From an uncultured Alphaproteobacteria bacterium (GTDB lineage: Bacteria > Pseudomonadota > Alphaproteobacteria > Rhizobiales > Hyphomicrobiaceae): a stretch of 64,000 nucleotides of DNA. Shown piece after piece: positions 31,422-42,025 of the stretch. The stretch lies in the NCBI GenBank assembly GCA_963732525.1, contig CAVSZX010000029.1, forward strand, positions 3,458 to 67,457, written 5' to 3'. Positions within the stretch are counted from its first letter, which is position 1. Each line of letters begins with the position of its first letter. Under the pieces are notes generated by a model. That model saw only the letters and a program-made list of their open reading frames with translations. It made no database searches and had not been told where the DNA came from. The position numbers and the translations under genes were made by a program.

Positions 31422-33847
31422 TCAGGCCTCGGCAAGTGCGCGCGCCGCCGTCACGGGGAGTTCGATGTTCCCGGCTCGGAGGGCCTCGAATACGGCGATT
31501 CTCAGGTCCGATTGGACCTCGGCAGCACGCGTGATGTCGGCGAGGACGGCGCGGAGCGAAAAATCGGTCGCAGCCTGGCTATAGCCGTCGAAAGCCGCCA
31601 TCGGCGGCGGCTCCTTCAGCACTTCGGCGTGGGCTTTGGCGCATTGCGCCAGGATGGCGATGACGCGGTGCGGATCGGCATTGGGTCCGGCCGTGAAGGC
31701 GAGCCGGATGCGGCCGGTGACGTTGCGGTGCGTCCAGTTGAGGACGCGCCCGGTGATCAGTTCGGAATTCGGCACGATGAGGCTGGCGCGGTCGAAGGTC
31801 TCGATCTCGGTCGAACGCACGGAGATTTTCTTGACGTTGCCCTGTTCGCTGCCGACGACCACCCAGTCGCCGACCTTGATCGGCCGCTCGATGAGCAGGA
31901 TCAACCCCGAGACGAAATTGTTGACGATCGATTGCAGGCCGAAGCCGATGCCGACGGAGAGCGCGCCGGCGACAATGGCGAGGTTGGTGATGTCGAAGCC
32001 GGCATACGAGATGGCGACCATCGCCGCGAGCGCGATGCCGGCATAGCCTATGGCCGTATCGATCGAGTGGGCGATGCCGGCGTCCATGCGCGGGGCGACG
32101 AGAACGCTGTCGCGCAGCCGGCGCTGCAGCACGCGTGTCGCAAAGAGCAGGGCCGTGAACAGCAGAATGCCGAGCAGAATGCGAACAAGAGAAATGCGGA
32201 ACTGGCCGACCTCGAAGCCGAACAGCGCCGACTTCACCCAGTCGCGGATATCGGCGCCGGAAAAACCCCATTGCAGCAGGATCAGCGGCAGGGCGACGAT
32301 GGCGAGCGTCAGCGTCAACGCGGCTTCGGTCAAGGTCGCGAGTTGCTGGCGGCGCGGCTCGTCGAGGCCGAAGGTGTCCTCGAGGATGGCGCTGATGGCG
32401 TGTCCGCGGACCGTGCGCTCGCGCGTCACGGCGCGAATGGCAAGGAAGAGCAGCATGGCGACGAGGGCGATGACGCCGGTCATGACGATCTGCTGGGCGG
32501 CGAAGCGGCCGAGCGCCACGTAACCGGTGAGGCAGGCGGCGACGATACCGGTGGCGGCAATCCACAAGGGGATCTTCAGCCAGCGCGGCCTGTCGCGCGG
32601 CGTGGGATATTCGTGGCGCTCGCCGTAGGGCTCGAAGGGGGTGAGCAGAAGGCCGGCGAGAACGCCGGCGAAGGCGAGGCTGGCGATCAACGACTGCACG
32701 ACACTGATCGACAGCGGCATGTAAAGAATTTGCGCAAAGGCCGAGAAGAAGAGATCGGCTGAGGAGATCGCCGCCAGGATCTTCAACAAGCGGCAGATGC
32801 GGCGTGCGGCCCGGTCGGAGAGCGGAAACAGTCGGCGGCCCGGCGTCTTCGGCGCAAACACGGCCGAAAGCAGGGCAGCGACGGCTGAGAAGATCAAGAC
32901 GGCGCGGAGCAGGGCTGCGGCCGCGGGCGCGGCGGTCGGGTAGTAGAGCAGCCCTAAATAATTCAGCCCGGCATAGACGAAGAGCGCGGTCGCGACCGCG
33001 GGCACGGCGCGCACCGGGCCGATCCACGAGGCGGCAGCGGCACGCTCGAAAAACGACAGCGTTGCGCCACCGAGCGGCGGTCGCAAACGCGTCAGCCACT
33101 GTGCCGCGAGTTTCAGGAGGAAGTACAGCGTCGCGGCCAGCGTCGCGAGCTTCAGCACGTCGAGCCTGTGCTCGGGCCCCGAGACGCGGCCGATCCAATC
33201 GTTGACATTGTAGTTGAGGCGCCAGGCGACGCCGGGCCAGTCACGCCTGAGATCGTTCCACAAGGCGGGAAAGAGCGGGCTCGACATGCGCTCGGTCAGG
33301 CTCTTGACGAACAGCTCCAATCTCAGATCGGTGAGCTTCTCGATGGCCTGCGTCGCCCGCCACCAGGTGACCTCGAGGGTCTTGATGGCGCCGGAGAGTT
33401 CGCTTTTCTCGGCGAGGAGGCGCGTGCGCTCCGTGGCGACGGAGGAGGTTTCGGCTGCGCGTCCTTCGCGGGCGCGGCCCCGAGCTTGTTGATCTGCTCC
33501 TCGATGTCTGCGAGGTGCGGGCGCAACCCGTCGGCGGTCCGCGTGGTCTTGGCGATCACCTGGTCGATGTCGTCGCGCAGGCGGCCGAGATCGGTATCGA
33601 CCGACTTGATGGCGGTCAGCGTCTTTTCCGCTCCGTCGATCTTGTCGACGACGTCGGAAATGGTCGAGGCGACGTCCGGCGGCAGGACGGTGGCAGGGGG
33701 TTGTGCCGGTTGCGGCGGCGTCTCGGGCGAAGCCTGCGCGGTTTCTTTCTGCACCGCACTTTCCTGGGCAACGGCCAAAGACGGTTGCCATCCGGCGGCG
33801 CCGGCGAGCAATGTCAGCAGGATTGCAGTCAATCGAGCAATTTTCAC
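31422..33847 (-). CDS. Large MscS-family mechanosensitive channel (DUF3772/MscK-like); apparent frameshift near 33450
   Basis: Signal peptide, periplasmic helices, many TMs, GALSVGIGFGLQSIVNNFVSG...ERPIKVGDW, IVPNS. Confidence 0.9.
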
Positions 33848-34077
33848 GTTTGTGTTGCCTCGGCGTAACGTCTCGCGGGTCGTTGGCCCTGGATGCCGCG
33901 CGAGTAGCACGAAAATGAGGCCGCGGGCACCCTCAATGCCGGTTCCCGGCGCAGAGCCGGGTTGCGAATTTTCAAACCCGGCACATCCGGCCTGCCGTTT
34001 CGTAACGATCGGTAAACCAACGGCCGCAAGAGTGCGTCTTCAGCATGCCGAGAATGATTCGTGCCGGAAGGGCCATC

Positions 34078-36797
34078 ATGTCCGTTTTCCTGAAGGGAAG
34101 CCGCAGTCCGAAATGGTACCTGCTCTATTGCGGGCTCGCCGGTCTGCAATTCGTCTGCCTGACATGCGGTCTTTTCGTCTCGCATCGGATCATCAACACC
34201 TTCTCGACGGTCATCGCCGAAAATCAGGTCTGGGCCGAGCGCCTCGGTGGCTTCAGCGACCTGTCGGCGGCCGCCGTCGCAGTGAGCGCGCCGGGGAACG
34301 ACATATTCGAGTCGAATGATGCCAAAGGCGAGGCGATCCGTCTCGAGGCTTCGAGCGAGGCCTTCAAGCGCAAGGTGCGGATGATCGAGCTCGACATCGG
34401 CGCCGTCCGCGACCCCAACGAGGCGGCGCATCTGAGAGGCGACCTGGAGGCCATCCTGGCGGCCGTCGAACAAGTCGCGGTGCATGGCCGGACCATCGTC
34501 AAGCTCTATGGCGAGGGGCAGTTCAAGGCGGCCGGGCTCGAAATGGCGGTGATGGACCGCACGTTCGGAATAGCCAACGCCACCATCAACGACGCCGGCA
34601 ACGATATTCTGGCGTTCCAGAAAGAGCATTTCAACGCCCAGAACACGACCGTCGAATTGCTGAGGTCGTTCGAGCTCGCAGGCGCGGTTATCGTCGTGGC
34701 TGATGCTCGCGGCCATGATCACTTACGGTCATCACATGGCCGAAGTCATGGACAAGTCCGACACGGAGCGGGAAGAACAGAGCGCGCGTCTCTCGGAGCA
34801 GGCGCAAGAGTTGAAGGATGCGGTGCAGTCGGCCGAGACCGCGAGCAAGGCCAAGTCGCGGTTTCTGGCCAACATGAGCCATGAAATCCGCACCCCCATG
34901 AACGGCGTGCTCGGCATGACCGACCTTCTGCTGCGCTCCGACCTCAGCGGCAAGCAGCGCCATTTCGCCGAGACGATCTACCAGTCCGGAACGTCGCTAC
35001 TGTCGATCATCAATGACATCCTGGATTTCTCGCGCATCGAGGCGGCCAAGATCGAGCTGCATGTGCTGGACTTCGACGTCCGCTCCACGGTCGAATCCTG
35101 TATCGGGTTGCTGGCCGAAAGCGCCGAACGCAAAGCGCTGGAGCTGAGCCTGTTCGTGGCCCCGGATGTGCCGACGTGGATCCGCGGCGACGAAGTCCGC
35201 CTCAGGCAGATCCTGCTCAACCTCCTCGGCAATGCCATCAAGTTTACTTCGAAGGGCGGGGTCGAACTGCGGCTGACGGCCGGGGATCCCGCGGCGAGCG
35301 GCGCGAGCCTGGTGTTCATGGTGCGCGATACCGGCATCGGCATACCCGAAGAGAGCCTCGCGGGGCTGTTCAACCCATTCCAGCAGGTCGATGGTTCGAT
35401 CACCCGGCGCTTCGGCGGAACGGGCCTTGGCCTTTCCATCTCGCGCCAGCTGGCCGAGATGATGGGCGGCGGCATCACGCTCACGAGCACGCAAGGGGAA
35501 GGCACGATCGTCACGTTGACGATCGTCGCCGAAGTCGCAGTGGCGGGTCAGGCGGCGGAGAGCACCGCCAGTCAGGACCTCGTTGGCAAGTCCATCCTTG
35601 TCGTCGACGACCGGCAGGCCAACCGCGAGATCCTCGAAGCCTACATCAGCGAAGCGGGCGGACGCGTTGCGACCGCGGCCAACGGCGGTACCGCCGTCGA
35701 CCTCTTGCGCTTCAAGCACAAGGCCGGCGCACCTTATGACATCGCCATCGTCGACATGATGCTGCCCGACATGACGGGCTTCGACGTCGTGCGCAACGTG
35801 CGCGCGGCCACGGCCAAACTGCAAACCCGCTTCATCATGCTGTCGTCGGGGGCGGCTCCGGACCAGTCGCGGGCGGCGGAGGAACTGGGGTTCAAAGCCT
35901 TCCTGATGAAGCCCATTCTGCGCAAAGATCTGATCGGTGCGGTCAATCGGGCGCTCGGGACACCCGACGAACCTGAAGTGCGCGCGCCGGAGGCGGCGGC
36001 GCCGACGATGCCGTTTACCGGCAGCCGCATCCTGGTCGCCGAGGACAACCCGATCAATCTCGAAGTCGCCCGCCAGTTCCTGCTCGACCTTGGCTGCACC
36101 GTCGATACCGTCGGGAACGGGGCAGAGGCGCTCGCCGCCGCAAAGACGCGGCACTACGACCTGGTCTTGATGGACTGCCAGATGCCGGTGCTCGATGGGA
36201 TTGCCGCCACCGAGGCGATCCGCGATCACGAGCGCAAGGGCGGGCTGAAGAGGACGCACATCGTCGCCGTGACCGCCAATGCCTTCGCCGAGGATCGCCG
36301 CTCGTGCATCGATGCCGGCATGGACGATTATCTGAGCAAGCCGTTTTCGCCCGAGCAGCTTGCCGACATGCTGCGGAAGTGGGTCGAGATCAAGCCGCAA
36401 GCCGCCGTGCACGAAGCGGACGGATTGCCGGCGCTCGACGAGCGTTACGTCTCGGCGCTCAAAGGCTCGCGGCCGGAATTCTTCGCTCCGCCTGATCGAC
36501 CTGTTCGCGGGCTTCGCGCCGGGCGCCGTCCAGCAGATCGTCGCGGCGTCGGCGGCCGGCGATGCCGATGCGGTGATGCGTCTCGCGCATTCGCTGCGGT
36601 CGTCGAGCGCCAATATCGGGGCCATGCAGCTTTCCGATCTCTGCGCCGGCCTGCAGCAGGTTTCGCGCCAAGGCTGGAACGAACAGATCCCGGCATTCGT
36701 GCTGGACATCGAGCGTGCGTTCGGCCATGTCGCCGACGCCGTGGCCGACGAGCGCAGCAATTTTTCCGACTGTCGCAAGTCGAGCGCGGCATCGTAA
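34078..36797 (+). CDS. Hybrid sensor kinase (2 TM, HisKA, HATPase, two REC, Hpt); apparent frameshifts near 34700 and 36485
   Basis: FLANMSHEIRTPMNG, NAIKFT, GGTGLGL, two receiver domains, AHSLRSSSANIGA. Confidence 0.92.
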
Positions 36798-36816
36798 TTG
36801 TGAGACCGCCCGGGCA

Positions 36817-38856
36817 TTATGAGCCGCCGCGGTCGTGGAAGAAATCGTAGATCTTCTGCGCCAGCTCGGACGAAATTCCTTCGACCGTCTTCAGATCCTC
36901 GACGCCGGCGCGCGACACCGCCTTGGCCGATCCGAAGTGCTTGAGCAGGGTGCGCTTGCGCGTCGGGCCGATGCCGTCGATCTCGTCGAGCGGATTGGCG
37001 CCGAGGGCTTTGGAACGCTTGGCGCGATGCGTGCCGATGGCGAAACGGTGGGCTTCATCGCGCAAGCGCTGCACGAAATAGAGCACGGGATCGCGGGGTT
37101 CGAGCATCTGCGGCTTGTCGCGGCCGGGCATGTGGAAGTGTTCGCGGCCGGCATCGCGATCGGGCCCCTTGGCGACGCCGATCAGGGCGATGTCGGTTAT
37201 TCCAAGCGCCGCGAAGACTTCTTCGGCGATGGCGAGTTGGCCCTTGCCGCCGTCGATCAGGACGAGATCGGGACTGGAAGGAATCGGTAATCCCCTCCTG
37301 GGGCCTACCCCTCCCGTGGGGGAGGTCGGGAGGGGGGAGTCCGTGACATCAAGGTCCGTGTTTCCCCTCACCGCAACTTCACGGATTCCCCCCACCCCTA
37401 TCCCCTCCCCACGAGGGGGAGGGGGACTTCCCGCCAGCCGCTTGAACCGCCGCGTCAGCACTTCGCGCATCATGGCGTAGTCGTCGCCGGGCGTGAGGTC
37501 GGCCGACTTGATGTTGAACTTGCGGTACTGGCCTTTGACGAAGCCTTCCGCGCCCGCGACGATCATGGCGCCGACGGCATTGGTGCCGGAGATGTGGCTG
37601 TTGTCGAAGACCTCGATGCGTCTTGGCGGCTCTTCGAGGCCGAAACGTTCGGCGAGCGCTTCGAGCAGATGCGTCTGCGTCGAATTCTCGGCGAGCTTGC
37701 GCCCCAAGGCTTCGCGCGCGTTGGCGAGTGCGTGATCGACGAGGCCCGACTTGGTGCCGCGCGAGGGCACGCGGATTTCGATTTTGCGTTCGGCCTTGAT
37801 CGAGAGGGCCTCGGCGAGCAGTTCGCGCGAGGGGATCTCGTGCGATAGCAGGATGAGACGCGGCACCGGCTTATCGTCGTAGAACTGGGCGATGAAGGCG
37901 TCGAGCACCTCTTCGACGGGCAGCGAGCGGTCGGCCTTCGGGTAGTAGGCGCGGTTGCCCCAGTTCTGCCCGGTGCGGAAGAAGAACACCTGGATGCAGG
38001 TCTGGCCGCCGTCCTGGTGCGCGGCGAAGACGTCGGCTTCTTCGACGCCTTCCGGGTTGATGCTCTGGTCGGCGGTGACGTGGGCGAGGGCCCACAGGCG
38101 ATTGCGATATTTGGCAGCCATTTCGAACTCGAGCTTTTCGGCGGCATCCTGCATCAGCTTTTGATACATGGCGCGCACGCTCTGGCTTTCGCCGCGCAAG
38201 AAGCGCACGGCTTCATCCGCAAGCTTCTTGTAGTCGTCGAGCCCGATCTCGCCCGTGCACGGCGCCGAGCAGCGCTTGATCTGGTAGAGCAGGCAGGGCC
38301 GGGTGCGGTTTTCGTAAAAGCTGTCGGAGCAGGTGCGAAGCAGGAACGCCCGCTGCAGCATGGTGATGGCGCGGCTGACGGCGCCGGCGGAGGCGAAGGG
38401 CCCGAAGTAGTCGCCCTTCCGGTTGCGGGCGCCGCGGTGCTTCATGACCTGGGGCGCGGGATGATCGCGCGAGATGAGGATATAGGGAAACGACTTGTCG
38501 TCGCGCATCAAGACGTTGAAGCGCGGCTTGAAGCGTTTGATCAGGTTGGCTTCGAGCAGCAGCGCTTCCGCCTCCGTGCGCACGGTGACGAATTCCATGG
38601 CCGTGGTCGCAAGGATCATGCGGGCGATGCGGTTGGTGTGGCCTTGCAGGCGGGCGTAGTTCGAGACTCGGGCTTTCAGCGACCGCGCCTTGCCGACGTA
38701 GATGACCTCGCCCGTGGCATCCAGCATGCGGTAGACGCCGGGCGAGGAGGGCAAGGACTTCAGGTAACGCGCGATGACGTCCGGGCCGCCCGGTACGTCC
38801 GGCAGCTTCGGCTCGTCGGTGGGCTCGTTGGGATCGCGGCCGTCTTTGCTCATCAT
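36817..38856 (-). CDS. uvrC: Excinuclease ABC subunit C, with an in-frame palindromic insert
   Basis: [37 protein letters not shown], HhH. Confidence 0.97.
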   Translation of the reverse strand: MMSKDGRDPNEPTDEPKLPDVPGGPDVIARYLKSLPSSPGVYRMLDATGEVIYVGKARSLKARVSNYARLQGHTNRIARMILATTAMEFVTVRTEAEALLLEANLIKRFKPRFNVLMRDDKSFPYILISRDHPAPQVMKHRGARNRKGDYFGPFASAGAVSRAITMLQRAFLLRTCSDSFYENRTRPCLLYQIKRCSAPCTGEIGLDDYKKLADEAVRFLRGESQSVRAMYQKLMQDAAEKLEFEMAAKYRNRLWALAHVTADQSINPEGVEEADVFAAHQDGGQTCIQVFFFRTGQNWGNRAYYPKADRSLPVEEVLDAFIAQFYDDKPVPRLILLSHEIPSRELLAEALSIKAERKIEIRVPSRGTKSGLVDHALANAREALGRKLAENSTQTHLLEALAERFGLEEPPRRIEVFDNSHISGTNAVGAMIVAGAEGFVKGQYRKFNIKSADLTPGDDYAMMREVLTRRFKRLAGSPPPPRGEGIGVGGIREVAVRGNTDLDVTDSPLPTSPTGGVGPRRGLPIPSSPDLVLIDGGKGQLAIAEEVFAALGITDIALIGVAKGPDRDAGREHFHMPGRDKPQMLEPRDPVLYFVQRLRDEAHRFAIGTHRAKRSKALGANPLDEIDGIGPTRKRTLLKHFGSAKAVSRAGVEDLKTVEGISSELAQKIYDFFHDRGGS
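37291..37427. repeat. REP-like palindromic element embedded in the uvrC coding sequence
   Basis: Minus strand CCCCCTCCCCCTCGTGGGGAGGGGATAGGGGTGGGGGG...CCCCCCTCCCGACCTCCCCCACGGGAGGGG; same architecture as 28415-28533. Confidence 0.85.
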
Positions 38857-38985
38857 GGAACTATTGGCGCGAGGCCGCGCCGGTCAAGCCGCTTCGTTGT
38901 TAAATCGCCACAAAATGGCCATTCGGGGCGCGCGTGGTCGGCGCTTCCGATTAGAAGCGCGGGGAGCGCTTTCGGGGGATCCTCA

Positions 38986-39960
38986 ATGCGTCGCGTATTC
39001 GCTTGTCTCGTTGTGCTATTGGCCATTGCTCTGCCTGCAGCCGCCGCCACCAAGGCGAATAAAGCCAAGCCGCCGCGCCCCTTCACCAAGAGCGAAGAAC
39101 TGCTCGAGTGGATGAACGGCTACCGGCTGAAACCGGAGCCCAAGCGTCTGCCCGAAGCGGTTCGCGCCATGGTCAAGTCAAGCGTGACCAAGGATATGGA
39201 CCAGGCCGGTGTCTACATCGGCTTTACGGCGGGCGTCATCGGCTCGAACCCAGAAAACGCCGAGAAGCTGATCACCGAAATGTTCCCGCTCGATCCGCAG
39301 GATCAGGTGCTGCTCATCAAGGCGATTGCCTATTCGGGGCTTCCAGATTGGAAGGAGCTGATGCTCAAGTTCGTCGAGCGCATGCCGGCGCGCAAGGTTC
39401 TGATCGACAAGTTCGTGTTCGCCAAGAAGCCGACGCTGGAGAATTTGCCGTTCGAGGAAAGCTCATCCGCCATCGACATCAACTGGGGTTATTATTTCGC
39501 CACCGGATCGGAGGCACCCGTCAGGCGCATCGTGACGGCGCTGGCATGGTCGCAGGACAAGAACAACGTCGAGAAGCTGACGATGGGCGCCATGGCCAAG
39601 TGGACTCTCGCCCAGAATGCCTCGCGCGACATGGATTTGCTGCAAATGCTGAAGGCCATCGAGGCCGAGGACAAGACCGCCGCACGCGCCTCCTTGAACG
39701 AGGTGATCGAAGCGGCCGAGACGCTCGAGCTTTCCAAGATCCGCAAGCAGGCCATGGCCTCGATCGAGGAGCTGAAGGCCAAGGGTCCGGAGAGTACACG
39801 CACCTACAATTGGTGGGGACAGGCGGGCCAGACGGTGCTGGCGCTCGGCTGCGTCGCGGCGAGTGCCATGGGGCAGGTCGAGTTCGGAATTCCCTGCGTC
39901 GTCGGCGGCGCGCTTTCGACGGCGGCGTTGAAGTATCTGGGGCCGGATGGGGGGAAGTGA
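38986..39960 (+). CDS. Secreted alpha-helical hypothetical protein
   Basis: Signal peptide MRRVFACLVVLLAIALPAAAA; host-like codon usage; NWGYYFATGS motif; hydrophobic C-terminus. Confidence 0.8.
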   Translation: MRRVFACLVVLLAIALPAAAATKANKAKPPRPFTKSEELLEWMNGYRLKPEPKRLPEAVRAMVKSSVTKDMDQAGVYIGFTAGVIGSNPENAEKLITEMFPLDPQDQVLLIKAIAYSGLPDWKELMLKFVERMPARKVLIDKFVFAKKPTLENLPFEESSSAIDINWGYYFATGSEAPVRRIVTALAWSQDKNNVEKLTMGAMAKWTLAQNASRDMDLLQMLKAIEAEDKTAARASLNEVIEAAETLELSKIRKQAMASIEELKAKGPESTRTYNWWGQAGQTVLALGCVAASAMGQVEFGIPCVVGGALSTAALKYLGPDGGK

Positions 39961-39992
39961 GCGACGAGTTCGAATTTGGGCAATCTTGCTCC

Positions 39993-40110
39993 TGTCATCC
40001 CGGGCAAGCACTCTTGCGAGGCCCGGGACCCAGGAAAACTTGAGCCGCAAGTGAGCTGGGTCCCGGCTCTGCGAAATCGGCTTCGCACGATTTCTCCGGC
40101 CGGGATGACA
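39993..40110. repeat. REP/RPE-like palindromic element, TGTCATCCCGG...CCGGGATGACA family (copy 1)
   Basis: 11-bp terminal inverted repeat; internal GGGACCCA/TGGGTCCC; 3' half nearly identical to 61687-61829. Confidence 0.9.
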
Positions 40111-40259
40111 ACGGTTTGGGCAGCGGGCAATCGCAAGTCGTTGATGTTAGCGATGATGGCGCATTGCGGCGGCGTAAGTGCTTGACGTTAGCTTTGATGC
40201 CGTTTGGAGCGCAACGCTCCTTCGTGCTAGTTTAGCCAAGGTGCCGAGTTGGGCATCTG

Positions 40260-40297
40260 GACGCCGGCTTCATTCAGTGAGCCGGCGTTTTTGTTTT
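40260..40297 (+). terminator. Rho-independent terminator
   Basis: ACGCCGGCT...AGCCGGCGT followed by TTTTGTTTT. Confidence 0.7.
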
Positions 40298-40414
40298 GAT
40301 TTTGAATCGTTAGGTCGGGCTGAGCCCTCTTGCGAAGCCAAACATACCTGATGTCCGCTGCCCTTCGCGCGCCGAAATCACGCGCCGCCCTCGCAACGGC
40401 CGTCATCCTGTATA

Positions 40415-40575
40415 TGCCCTGGCCGCTCTTGTAGGGTGGTTTTGCAACCGGAGCCCGTCGTCATCCTGAGTGCCTTAGCTCGTCGTACGGGCATGGGCCC
40501 GGTTGCAAAGGTCTTTTTCCGGACAGTCGCACGGGACCCGCCGCCAAGGCACGATCCCGCATACAGGACAGGATC
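40415..40575 (+). ncRNA. IS110 bridge RNA (5' hairpin, target-binding loop, donor-binding loop); ends approximate
   Basis: Stem TTTGCAACCGG 40441-40451 / CCGGTTGCAAA 40499-40509 encloses CGTCATCC and ACGGG; second loop holds ACAGTCGC 40523-40530 and ATACAGG 40561-40567 around a CGGGA..TCCCG stem. Confidence 0.82.
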
Positions 40576-40580
40576 AAGCC

Positions 40581-41531
40581 ATGACACTCATCACCGCCGC
40601 CGGCATCGATGCCGGCAAAGCATTTCTCGACGTCGCCTTCGCACCCGGCACCACATCGTTCCGCGTTGACAACACGGCCGCCGGCATCAAGTTTATCCTG
40701 ACGCGTTTGAAGCGCGCCGGAATAACCCGCGTCGTTCTCGAGGCCATCGGAGGATATGCCCAACCGCTGGTGCGGGCACTCGCCGCTAAGGGCTTCAGCG
40801 TCGGCCTCGTCAACCCCCGCCGCATCAAGGCCTTCCGCGATGCCGAGGGGCGCCGCGCCAAGAACGACAGGCTGGACGCCGCCCTCATTGCGCGCTTTGC
40901 TCTCATCATGACCGATGCCATCAGACCACTGCCCTCCGAAGCCCAGCTCGCCGTCAAAGCCCTTGCACACCGGCGCAGACAGCTCGTCGACATGATCGCC
41001 ATGGAGAAGACGCGCCTCAAACAGGCGATCGATCCCGGCATCGTGCAAAGCCACCGCACAACCATAAAAAGTCTCTCGACCGAGCGCTGCGCCATCGAAG
41101 AAAAACTCGATGCCGCGCTGGCCCGCGATCCCGATGTGGCGCGCCGCCGCGAGATCCTCACGTCGATCCCCGGTATCGGCAGACAGGTCGCAACCGTACT
41201 CGCAACCGACATGCCGGAACTCGGCACCCTCGATCAAAAAGCCGCCGCAAGCCTCTCAGGCCTCGCCCCCCAAATCCACCAAAGCGGCATGACGCCAGGC
41301 CGCGCTCATATCGGCGGCGGACGGCCATGCGTGCGGGCCGCTCTTTACATGGCAGCTCTCTCAGCCGTGAGATCGAACACGCGCTTCAAGGCGATCTACA
41401 CCGACATGCGAACCAAGGGCAAACCCGCAAAAGTCGCGCTCGTCGCCGTCGCACGAAAACTCGTCACCGTCGCCAATGCACTCGTCAGAGCCAACGCCAC
41501 GTTCGAGAAAAATCACGTGGAACGCACTTGA
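40581..41531 (+). CDS. IS110 transposase / bridge recombinase (DEDD RuvC-like + Tnp), intact, 316 aa
   Basis: GIDAGK, VLEAIG, AKNDRLDA, SIPGIG, HQSG catalytic Ser, R.ALYMAA, ALVAVARKL. Confidence 0.96.
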   Translation: MTLITAAGIDAGKAFLDVAFAPGTTSFRVDNTAAGIKFILTRLKRAGITRVVLEAIGGYAQPLVRALAAKGFSVGLVNPRRIKAFRDAEGRRAKNDRLDAALIARFALIMTDAIRPLPSEAQLAVKALAHRRRQLVDMIAMEKTRLKQAIDPGIVQSHRTTIKSLSTERCAIEEKLDAALARDPDVARRREILTSIPGIGRQVATVLATDMPELGTLDQKAAASLSGLAPQIHQSGMTPGRAHIGGGRPCVRAALYMAALSAVRSNTRFKAIYTDMRTKGKPAKVALVAVARKLVTVANALVRANATFEKNHVERT

Positions 41532-41549
41532 CAAAACAACACAGTCGCC

Positions 41550-41955
41550 CGTCGCCGGAGCGGGGACCGCTCCGGATCCTGCGGACGGGATCCATGCAAG
41601 TTTCCGCATGGCTCAGGCGCGAAGGTCCCCGTTTTGGTTCTGCATCGGACCCGAGTTCGACAGACGTTGCGTCGAAACCCCCGCCTAGCGCCGAAATCGC
41701 CGTACGATTTCGGAACGAGGCGGGAGCCCCGGGCAAGTGTCCACGTGAGGAACTGTGAATGTCGAAAACTAGGCGAGCGTGTTCCAGCGGGCCAACGACG
41801 CGCTCGGGTCTGATGCAGCGGCGGACGGGGACCTCTCCTGCAGAGCATTGCGGCGGCTTGCGTGGATCCCCGCCTGCGCGGCCGAAGCCGCTTCGGCGCG
41901 GCGAAGGCCCGCCGCAGGATCCGCTCGCCAGTGGCGAGCGGCGCGGGGGACGAAC
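41550..41955 (+). repeat. Large nested inverted-repeat element; its 5' tip (40400-40408) is separated by the IS110
   Basis: Three long nested stems (41587/41870, 41623/41834, 41640/41818) plus internal hairpins; REP-like termini. Confidence 0.7.
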
Positions 41956-42025
41956 GTGGGGAAAGCGCTGTCGGGCTTCGCCCAACGCTTACGCGCAATC
42001 AGCGCGAAAAGGGGCTCAAACCGAC

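Larger units (their letters stand above)
40409..41549 (+). mobile_element. IS110-family insertion sequence (long left non-coding end, short right end, CC core)
   Basis: Left junction CCGTCAT-CC-TGTAT (core 40407-40408); right junction ACAGTCG-CC-CGTCG (core 41548-41549); no terminal inverted repeats; ends supported by guide matches. Confidence 0.88.

Noticed and set aside
41550-41955. Structured region as the long right end (guide RNA) of an IS1111-type element
   Set aside because: The duplicated CC core and donor-guide matches place the right end at 41549, and the guides are in the left end; no sub-terminal inverted repeats seen
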